This document shows, piece after piece, positions 48,989 to 59,245 of a stretch of DNA of 64,000 nucleotides. Both the position numbers and the translations under genes were made by a program. Positions within the stretch are counted from its first letter, which is position 1. Every line of letters begins with the position of its first letter. The notes beneath the pieces are model-generated. The model was not told the origin of the DNA and ran no database searches. It saw only the letters and a program-made list of their open reading frames with translations. The stretch is from Selaginella moellendorffii (lineage: Eukaryota; Plantae; Lycopodiophyta): assembly GCF_000143415.4 (NCBI RefSeq), contig NW_003314287.1, positions 1 to 64,000 on the forward strand. Direction: 5' to 3'.

Positions 48989-50828
48989 ATGAGAGAAATC
49001 ATCAGCATACACGTCGGGCAGGCAGGAATCCAGCTAGGGAATTCGTGCTGGGAGCTCTTCTGCCTGGAGCACGGCATCCAACCGAATGGAAAGGCGATCG
49101 ATCGCAAGTAAGCGCGTGTCTTAGATCCCCCGATTGCTCAAAGTTTCCCTCGAAATCTTCCTTCTCTTCCAGCGATCACCAGGAAGCCATGGCCGGAGCT
49201 ACCAAGGAATCGTTTGGAACCTTTTTCAGCGAGGCGGCGTCCGCGACGAAGCACGTCCCAAGGGCGGTGATGGTGGATTTGGAGCCTACTGTGATCGATG
49301 AGATAAGAACTGGGAGCTACAGGGAGCTCTTCCATCCCGACCAGCTCATCTCTGGGAAGGAGGACGCAGCGAATAATTTCGCTCGAGGACACTACACAGG
49401 TATGTGATCGATCGATTGCTCCTAGAAATTCTTTTTCCCTCTTCCAGCTATAGTTGTGTTCTAGCTTTAGAGCTCCATTGTGGTGATAGAAGTGCTCGAG
49501 AACACTATGGCTTTTCCCTCTTCTAGCCATAGTTGTGTTCTGCTAAGACTCTAGCAGTATATAATTTGCTCTAGAACACTATGGTTTATATTTTTTACAT
49601 AGTTCTAGCTAGCTTTTAGAACTTTGGTACTAGCTAGGCCATGGCTAATGGTTGATTAACGTTACAGTGTTCTCCATTTTCCAGTTGGAAGAGAGATTCT
49701 GGAACAGTGCTTGGACAGGATACGAAAGCTCGCAGACAATTGCTCGGGGTTGCAAGGATTTTTGGTTTTCAATGCGGTGGGAGGAGGAACTGGCTCGGGT
49801 TTGGGAGCGCTCTTGCTCGAGAGACTGACTTGTGACTATGGACGGAAGTCCAAGCTCGGCTTTTCCATATATCCATCTCCCAAGGTAAGAAGTTCCTTCT
49901 TACAAGGTGACCAATAACTAAAAGTTCTTGGCAGATCTCCACGGCTGTTGTGGAGCCATACAACAGCGTTCTAGCAACGCACGCTCTACTCGAGCACTCA
50001 GACGTAGTCGCGGTTCTAGACAACGAGGCCATCTACGACATATGCCGAAAGTCCTTGAACATCGAGAGGCCGAGCTACACAAACTTAAACCGCCTCGTCT
50101 CGCAAGTCATCTCCTCGCTCACGACCTCGCTGCGATTCAACGGCGCTCTGAACGTAGACATCTCCGAGTTCCAGACCAACTTAGTCCCGTTCCCGCGGAT
50201 CCACTTCATGCTCTCGTCCTACGCGCCGGTCATCTCGGCCGAGAGGGCCTTCCACGAGCAGCTCTCGGTGTCCGAGATCACCACGTCCGTCTTCGAGCCG
50301 GCGTCCATGATGGCCAAGTGCGATCCTCGCCACGGCAAGTACATGGCGTGCTGTATGATGTACCGCGGCGACTTGACGCCCAAAGAAGTCCAGCAGGCGG
50401 TGTCAAACATAAGGACCAAGCGCTCGGTTCAATTCGTGGACTGGTAAGGCTCCAAAGCTTCGGTTTTGCAATCGATCTAACTTTTTTGCTCACTACTTCC
50501 AAGGTGTCCGACTGGATTCAAGTGTGGCATAAACTACCAGCCGCCGACGGCGGTTCCAAACGGAGATCTGGCGAGAGTGAAGCGCGCAGTGTGTATGATC
50601 AGCAACAACACCGCGGTGGCGGACGTTTTCTCGCACATAAACCACAAGTTCGATCTCATGTTCTCCAAGCGCGCGTTTGTTCACTGGTACGTCGGCGAGG
50701 GGATGGAGGAGGGCGAGTTCTCGGAGGCCCGCGAGGACGTGGCGGCGCTGGAGAAGGACTACGCCGAGGTCGCCCAAGACGGCGACGAAGACGAGCAATC
50801 CCAAGTCAACGGAGCCGAAGCGTATTAG
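48989..50828 (+). CDS. TUA: Alpha-tubulin (divergent), 5 exons
   Basis: [52 protein letters not shown]-terminal Tyr. Confidence 0.96.
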
Positions 50829-51124
50829 AGTCACAAGTCAACGACATTGACTTGACTGTGCTTGTCGTCTGAAAGTCAGCGGATATTCTCGGTGTAAACA
50901 TTTCGTACAAATAAAAGATTCCGTACGGAAATATGTTTAGGCTCAGAAAGTTCTATTTGAAGCCAACGGGGGTTAAGGATATTCTGTCAAACAAGTTTTT
51001 CGTACGGACCTTAATTCTTAGTGTTACGGAAACATCCCTTTTGACATTCCGTACAGAAAAGCCGTACACACCGAAAATTTAACACTCGCGATCGTTTTCT
51101 TTTCTCTTGCGCTGCTGCCCACTT

Positions 51125-52512
51125 TCACGTCGACATCGCAATGAGCTGCTTGACATTGAATGGCGAGAGGTCGGAGGGCGGGCCATTGAGAAGCCTGTTG
51201 GTGATGAGCCTGTTGATGCTCTCGCTGGGATGGAACGCGTCCCAGAACACGTACTTTGTGCGGTCCGAGCACAGATTCGACAGCCCAGTGCACGTCAAGA
51301 GCCCATTGTAGCTGCCTTGTCCGCAGCACGCCATGTTGGTGTACTGGAAGCCTGGAAGAGATGGACAAGTTTCACAGTGAAAACTTTAGATATTCACAGA
51401 GGAACTTGAGAGAAACTTGAGAGAAGCTTAGGAACTTAGAGACCAACGTACCGTATTTGGATGGATTCTGGATGTACTCGTTGAGGATGTCGTAGCTGTT
51501 GACGTAGACAAACGTCGCTCCCTTGAGCTCCCGGTTGAGGCCCTCGATCATGGGTTTGAGCGCCGCATTGAAGCTCAGCGCGTGGTCATTGAGCTCCTGG
51601 ATGCACTCGCCGGCTCTGGAGCTTCTCTGGAGCTGCGACGGGATACAGCCAATCGGTCCCATGTTGGACACAGTCACTTTGCGAGCGCCGAGGCTGTACA
51701 CTGTCTGTAAAACCGGCGAGCGAGGAAAGGGAGTGGGGAATTAAAAGCAAAGGTGGAAAGGTAACAGCGACTTTACCTTGAGCTGGTTGCGCAGAGTCGC
51801 AATCAACAGCGCATTGAACTGCGATGGGGTGTACTGCCGAGCACGCTGGGCAAAGAGGAGTAAATAGTTGTTGATGTAGTCATTGCCACCGACTGTGAAG
51901 GAGTAAATCCCGTCCGAGATTAACTTCGCAGCTGCGGACGCTCCGGCCACAGCGGCCAGATCGCTTTTGTATTTTCTGAAGAGTCGGAATTGATCCGTCA
52001 TTGTCAAGCGTTGAATCTGGAGATCAAAGAAGGACAAACGTAAAAACAAAAAAAAAAAAAAAATCATTTGAGAAGTCGAAACGGAAGAGCTTACGAAGAT
52101 GGTTCCAGTGTCGTCCAGGATCCCGGCTCCAGCCGACGCGAAGTTGACACCCAGCAGCAGATTCTGGCCCTTCGCCTGGGGATCCAAAACTGGGAGTATA
52201 GGCGGAGTTCCCATGTAATCACCTGAAACTCGAGATCATAGGTACGAAACTCCTCTATAGTGACAACTTACTCAACAGGTCTGATATGATCTTCCCGTTG
52301 CAGAAGCGGCCGGTGGGCGCGCTGTTCGGGAAGTCGATGCCGTTTGGTGCGAAGTTGGCTCGGGCGATAGAATTGATGAAGTTGTTGTTGCCAGCATCAA
52401 CTAGCGAGTCACCAAACACGAACATCGCCTTCGCTTTGGACCTGCTTGCCGATCCAGCTGCCGCTACGGAGATGAGACAAGTCAAGAGAACAAGGAGCTG
52501 GAACGCTTCCAT
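51125..52512 (-). CDS. GDSL esterase/lipase (5 exons)
   Basis: Signal peptide, FVFGDSLVDAGNN, GVNFASAG, GGNDY, FWDAFHPSE. Confidence 0.95.
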
Positions 52513-52901
52513 TGTCCTTCGCTGCCCTGTTAGACAACACTTAGCAATCCAGCTTGAATGCAAACCGATATATGACTTTCGTACCTCTCGATGCGAAAGG
52601 TTCAACCCACAGCCAGCTTCGAAGCTACCGCATCGTACGTCTGCAGCAAAATGAGAATAGGAATTGCAAGCTGCTCCTCGAAATCGAGCCTTATAGGCTT
52701 GAAACGGCTCTGAAGGAAAAAGAGAACAAACCAAGAGCATTTACCAGGCTCCGTCCTACCACCACCACTTCCAGCTTTCTCGCTGCCATCGTCATTTGGC
52801 ATACGTGACCAACCACCGTCATTGTTCACCCGGAACTAACTCAAGGCCTTGAATTCACGTGAAGATTATTGAATACACCGAGCAAACCGAGTTTGGTTGC
52901 G

Positions 52902-54240
52902 TCATGGAAGAGCTAGTAGCTGCCTGAGATTCATCGGGCTTATGACATTAGTACCACCAAACAGAGTTTGCTGAGCAATGAGAATGTTTGCCTTTTCGGT
53001 GGGATGGTAAGGATCCCAAAATACGTACTTGGTTCGGTCGTTGCAGATGGTAGAGAACGCAGTGCAGATAAAGAGGCCATTGTAGTTGCCTTGACCACAG
53101 CACGCTGAGTTGGATACTGTAAAGCCTGGGTCCAGCTTGAGCGTGTGAGCAAACTTCAAAACAGGAAAAGGAAAACGAAAAACGAAAGGTCCTGATACAT
53201 ACCGTTTTTGCCTGGATTGGAGACCAAGTCTGAAAGAATGTCGTATGCGTTGACATATACAAAGAGAGCTCCTCTCAGTTCTCTGTTGAGTTCGTCAAGC
53301 ATTGGTTTCAATTTGGAGTTGTAGTCCCTCGCGTACTCGTTCAGGTTCTGGACGCATTGCCCGTTGACACCTCTTTGAGTTATTTGAGAGGGGATGCAGC
53401 CTACTGGACCCATGTTGCCGACGGATATCTTGCGAGCTCCCATGTTGTACAGATCCTGTTGTTTCAATTCATCACTTCCGGCTAGAAACTCGAGTGGATC
53501 TTGCCTTGAGTTGTTGCTTGAAAGTTGAGACGAGGAGAGTGTTGTACTGCGGGGGTGTGTACTGCCTTGCTCTGGCTGAAAGAGGCTGAAGATAATTGTT
53601 GATGTAGTCGTTTCCTCCAATTGTGAAAGAGTACAGGCCGGCTGCCACAATCCTATCTGCTGCTCGTCCTCCTACGAACGACGCTAATTGGCCCTTGTAC
53701 CGCCTGAACAAGTTGTATTGCTCAGAAACTCGCAAGCGTTGAACCTGGAAAGAAGAGTCTCCATCACATCCTTGAGCTGTGGACGCATTTTAACTTACAA
53801 ACATCGCTCCTGTATCATCCAGAATCCCGGAGCCTGCAGAAGCAAAGTTTGCTCCCCTGAGAAGGTTCCTTCCAGTGTTCTTTGGATCTAGAATAGGCAG
53901 CACCGGCTCGGTCCCCATGTATTCACCTGCAAAAAGGTCATTCGGATCCGGAGAGCATCAGAAAACGCTTACTTATGTAGTCTGCCACTAGCCGGCCATT
54001 GCAAAATCTCCCAGTCCCGAGATGATTTGGCCAGTCCTCGCCATTGGGAGCAAAGTTTGCCTTCGCCAGAGAATTCAGGTAGTTGTTGTTCCCGGAATCC
54101 ACCAGCGAGTCACCAAAGATAAAGATCGCCTTTGCACCGCGACCACCACGACCACCACGACCACCATTTCTGTGTTTCGCGTGTGAAGTTTCTGCGGCAG
54201 CGAGAAGGACGATCAAGCTCAGAGCCAAAAGCTTCTGCAT
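52902..54240 (-). CDS. GDSL esterase/lipase (5 exons, one GC-AG intron)
   Basis: FIFGDSLVDSGNN, GANFASAG, GGNDY, FWDPYHPTE; tandem paralog of the previous gene. Confidence 0.95.
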
Positions 54241-54836
54241 GGTGGTGCTCCTTCTCTAGATCCCTCTTGGCGAGCCTCTCTTAAAGCGGTGTTATGGACA
54301 GAGACCATCAATCCACCTGCATAAAAGAAGCAAATGAATCGTTACATCATGGACAAAGCTCATATGACAAAAAAACGTTATAACTTGCCAGTAGCTTTAG
54401 CTTGTGAGCTTGTGGAGTTAAAACCAAAGTTTGCCCATGGGCGCCAGTGGATCAACGCTGCGACCAAAGATCGCGAGGCTCTTCCATTGCGGATCACATG
54501 TAGTGTACTAGGCACGGCATACAGTGATAGCATTTCCTCGATTCAATGCTTGATACTGGGGTCCCTGTCAAGCCTTTAAGAGAAGAAATTTCTTGTCCAA
54601 GTTGATCTGCGCCAAACCAAGCGGGATAGAAAAGACGATCGATTCATCAACACTCTACCTGGCAGCGATTAGGGTCTTGAATCGATCTTCCAATCCAGCG
54701 CTAGCGCGAGTGGGCTCCAACATTGAAGGATCTCCCAATAGCTGGCACAATAATTTCCACAAAACCCAAGCGACGTGGCAGTATCTCAGTGGTTTGATTT
54801 GAATAGCCCGCCCATTGCTAATAGGGTTCTTCCCAA

Positions 54837-55965
54837 ATGGCTATGGCGATGGCGATGGCGCGCTGCTGTGGCGTCGGATGTCCACGAAGGCGCGATATCG
54901 CGCAACACAGGGATGAATTCTTAAATCTGGCAGTGATTAAGAGGTACTCGCAGAGATTGGCTGCGGCGCTAGCGATTTCAGGGCTTGTCTTTGTCGCTCC
55001 GCCCGCGGACGTTCGTTTCTTCACATCGCCATCGTTTGCTGCGCCGGCGTTCGCCAGTGGACTTTTCCAAATGCCTCCCACAAGATTAAAGAACAGGCAA
55101 GTACTAGATGAAAATCTCTTCTTCTCTTTACGAATTTTGTCCTCTTATCAGATATTTTCTAGTGCGAGCTGGAGAATCGGAGTATGAGACCAGTGGAATT
55201 ATCAATACCAATCCAGTCTCTAAAACTTCGCTAGAGAATGGCTTGTCCGAAGCTGGAAAGAAGCAAGTAGTGCAAGCTGCTGTGAAGCTCAAGAACTTGG
55301 GAGCATGCAAAGATAGTTGCTGGATTTGGCCTTCTATCACTCAGAGATCTTATCAAGCCGCGGAATTAATCGCGTATGTCAACGACATATCACGTAGGTG
55401 CATATCTTTTTCCTATGTTCTTCCTTGTTCTTGTTTTGTGACCGCTTCTGTCCTTCTTTTTTTTTTCAGTCGAATTGTCCCAGAGTATAGCTTTTTGGAC
55501 GCTCGAGGACTCGGAGCATACGAGGGTAAAACTCTGGATGCTGTGAACGAGGTAAGCTAGTGATTTTTCTTAGCCACTTTTCAATACTGGTTCCACAAGG
55601 TTTATGAGACCGACGTCGTGTCGCTTCAATCACGACCTCCGCCAAACACAAATGGAACTCCCAACGAGAGTGTCGCTGACGTGTTTGTGCGCGTCACTCA
55701 GCTCATGTCCATTCTTGAGACGCAGTACGCTGGTGAGAGCATTGTCATCGTTTCGCCTGATTCCGACAATCTCTCTGTTCTTCAAGCTGGTCTATATGGC
55801 TTGGATCTTCGCAGGTGACTTCTTTCTTCTTGTGTAGAATCGTTTTCACGTTTTTAATTATACAGGCACAGCCAGCTTAGTTTTGCACCTGGCGAGGTAA
55901 GAGAAGTGGACATCAAATCTATTCCTAAACCTTCTGCGCCATTATCTGGTTACCTACCTAACTAG
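54837..55965 (+). CDS. Phosphoglycerate-mutase-fold (histidine phosphatase-like) protein, probably plastid-targeted
   Basis: RYFLVRAGESE, PEYSFLDARGLG, GTPNESVADVFVRVTQLMS, IVSPDSDNL; multi-exon. Confidence 0.85.
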
Positions 55966-56638
55966 AAACTGAAAGTATGACCTCAACTTTGAGAGAGAAT
56001 CGGACTTTGGATTATGGTATGCGCTCTGAATCAAATGTTTTTCCGGGTGCTCACGATCTTGCTTGTTCGCAGCTAGAACAATTTGGCAAACGCTTCTACC
56101 ATGTCACTTATTCCTTCGACAAGGTTACCGAGCAGTTCGAAAGCGTCTTTGTCCCTGAGCCAAAGCAGCAACAAAACCAATACTAGCAGCGATAGAATTC
56201 AGTGTCGCTTGATTCTGACTGTGAATCACGATTTAAGTATTGAACAAGAAGAATAAGCGCCAACAGGATTCATCAACCAACTATTTCTTTTCTTCTTTTT
56301 CCTAGCTCTCGACGTACCATCGAAAGATCAAGAAACCAAGAACAATCATCAGTAGCACCATGGGAGTTAACGGAGACGGAGAGGTACCTTCATTCATGTC
56401 TTACTTATTCCAAGCTCTGCTCATTCAGGTTTCCTTCCAAAGCTGTAGTTTTGACTGACGGAGCTCGACATATTCTTGTATTGCCATCACGCCGACGCAT
56501 CACGCTGGCCCTGAAGCCGGGGCAAGTTGCTGGAGACTCTTTAAAAAGTCGGTAAAGCTTTGTTTTTGTAAGTTTGGTTGTCTTTTTACATTCTTTTCCT
56601 GTCAGCCGAAATTGGAACGTATCAACTGTTTCGAATTA

Positions 56639-57049
56639 CTACGCCGGCCAGAATCGACCAACAGTGTCTAGAATTTTACAAGCCAGATCGAGAAAGTTTC
56701 CCAGATCCTTGACAATGTCCGAATCCTGGATCCAGAGCAGCAGCACCAACGAAAAGAGTGCCAGCAGCAGCAGCTCCCTCCGATGCAAACGCTCTCCAAC
56801 AATCCAGGAATAACAATACTCTCCGAGAAGAGAGGCCACTAGCAGGAGCAAAACAATCGAAGCTACATTGGACCATGAGCGTTTTTCCTCGTGGACGAGC
56901 TTGAAGAGATCACTTCTCCTGATCGTTATGATGTCTTCGCTATCGCCATCGCCAAAGAAGTAGTGATAGAGGTAGCGGAGCCTCCGGCGAATGTACCATG
57001 GACAGACGAGCAATCCCGCAACAATCGTGAGAACCACGAAGAGAACCAT
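56639..57049 (-). CDS. Hypothetical small membrane protein
   Basis: 136-aa ATG-initiated ORF with three hydrophobic segments; no family recognised. Confidence 0.4.
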   Translation of the reverse strand: MVLFVVLTIVAGLLVCPWYIRRRLRYLYHYFFGDGDSEDIITIRRSDLFKLVHEEKRSWSNVASIVLLLLVASLLGEYCYSWIVGERLHRRELLLLALFSLVLLLWIQDSDIVKDLGNFLDLACKILDTVGRFWPA

Positions 57050-57341
57050 GATGGATCGGAAAGAAACATGACAAAGAAGCTATGAAACTCCATTACAAAA
57101 CTCGAGAGTTATATGAAGAACCTGAGACAACGAACTAAAAAACGCGAACAAAACGAAGACGTCACTTGCGTGTAGCTCAATGGTCAGAACTACAGCGCTT
57201 TCTCAAGTTGTGAAAATTCCGTGTGATTGCGATCGATCACACTTGATTCATCACATCAAACGCGGTCTCTACTGATCTCACAAGGGACGCGCAAAAAAGG
57301 CTTGGAAAAGTTCTCACTTTGATTGATTCACACAAAACTTT

Positions 57342-58838
57342 TTACATTGCAGAGCTCCGCTTGCCATCTTCCTCGATGAAACCAGGCAGGATCACCGCGT
57401 CGCGCTGGTTATCGAGCACGGCTTCCAAGCGCTTCGCGTCGACGTTGAAAGTCTTGGACATGATGTCCTTGCTGAAAGCCTTAAACACGGAGTTGGATCC
57501 TGCGAAAGATAAGAACGATCTTTTGAGGCCAAGAACTACGTGAAACACTACCAGACCTGCCAAGAACTGTGGACGGTTCCGCCGAGACGATGTGCTGAAT
57601 CCAACGAACTCGAAATCACCATTCCGGGAAGCGATTTGGCACATCGGGAAGTAGCGAGGGACGAACACCACCTTGCTCTCGTCCAGTTCCTTGTCGAGCG
57701 CGTTGGTTCCATTCGGGTATGAGACTTGGATCCTTCCGTTGCCCTTGGTGATGAAGGCTACCTCGGCAGCTCTGGGATTCCAGTGCGGTGCGAGCATAGC
57801 TCCCTGGCAAAACCACAAAGTTTAGTTTCCTGGCAATAGAGATCACAGATGTTGGAACTTACTGGCTTCAAGCTGACTGCGAAAACTCCGACGTCCGCCT
57901 CTTTCAAGGGACTGAATTCCGCGCCATGGACAGCGATCGTCCAGCCGTTCTCGTTCTTAAAGTCGGGAGCTTTCTTGAGCAAGTTGAACGGCTTGGGCGC
58001 GTCACGACGAGCATTTGAAGCGGCCGAGTCTCCCTTCAAGAAATCATATCCAGCCCGTGATGTGTAGACAATGGGACCTTCGGTTTGGGAGCCCAGGATC
58101 TCTGAAACATCCTCGGGAGCCACCTACGGGAATCAAAGGTATTCATGTAAGAGAAGGAACGAGCAAAAGTTGATATGCTTACCTTCAAAGCAGCAGCGAC
58201 GGCCTCCTTATGAAATCCCGAGAGAATCGTTCGAGGATCAACTCCACCACCAACGAAAAACGATTGGAAGTGTCCAGCATCGAGGCTCTCGGATGTGTCA
58301 CACATCCCATACAGACGCAGCCTCTGTCCCTCGTCGGTGTTGAGGACGTAGAACACGAAACCACCCGGTAGAGCGTAGATATCTCCAGTCTCCAAATCCT
58401 GCCGGTTAAGGTAGTCTTGCTCGGCCCATCCCAAAGTCATCCGTCCTGGATTGATAGAAAGTATTTAGAGGAAACAAATCGAAATCCAAAAGAGAGAAGA
58501 GAGAAGCTTAGCTTGCCTTTGTGGACGTAAAGCACGCAAGAGGCATCGAGGTACTGTGGAAGCAAAAGACCTTTGGGCTCGATGGTGATGATGCTGAGAC
58601 CAATGTGGTTCTCTGCAAGGGCTCCCAGCTCTTTGGGACCGGGAAGAACTTGGATATCCCCGGCTTCCGTACTCACCACCTGTACGGGTTCCTTGAGCAC
58701 GAAAGGACTGGTCGCTTGCTTGTGATGGTCGCCTTCTTCGTCGCCACGGTCGTGGCGCTCATGGCGATCGTGTTCACTCGCGCTGGATGAGACGATAAGC
58801 AGGGCTAGCGCGCACAGGATCAGCGATTTTCGAGCCAT
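57342..58838 (-). CDS. Vicilin-like (7S) bicupin storage protein
   Basis: Signal peptide, ITIEPKGLLLPQYLDA, FQSFFVGGG, MLAPHWNPRA, FVPRYFPMCQIASR, PQFLAG. Confidence 0.92.
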
Positions 58839-59140
58839 TGTGTGAATCTGTAGAGAGATTTTAGAGAAAACTATCGACGAACGAGCAAGAACACAAGAAA
58901 ATCCACGAAATATCGTCCAAAATCGAGAAGGGAACCACGAATCAAAGAGGAGCCGGGAAGAAAGATCGATAGTGCAAGAATCCACGTCGATCAAAGAGGA
59001 TAGCTCGATCGATGCAAGAATCCGGGCCAAGATCGCAAGAAAGAATGCTTACCCTGGGAGAGGAAGACGAAGGCGCTGCTTGGATGGAATGGCCGATCGA
59101 TGGCCCTTAAAAATACGCCCTCGAGCGCCTCATCGTTTTC

Positions 59141-59159
59141 CATGCAAGCATTACATGCA
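59141..59159. promoter_or_regulatory. Two RY (CATGCA) elements upstream of the vicilin-like gene
   Basis: CATGCA at 59141-59146 and 59154-59159, near an AT-rich TATA-like run at 59106-59115. Confidence 0.5.
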
Positions 59160-59245
59160 GTGGGCAGGAAGGGTATATTCCTGTCATGATTCTTGAATAG
59201 ATCCCAGCCGTTGCGCGTGGAATAGGGTTAGGGCTTCGCGGAGCG

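Noticed and set aside
49928-50872. 314-aa Arg-rich ORF
   Set aside because: Alternative frame of GC-rich tubulin exons.
56360-56670. Possible small spliced plus-strand gene starting MGVNGDGE
   Set aside because: Could not build a convincing continuous frame.
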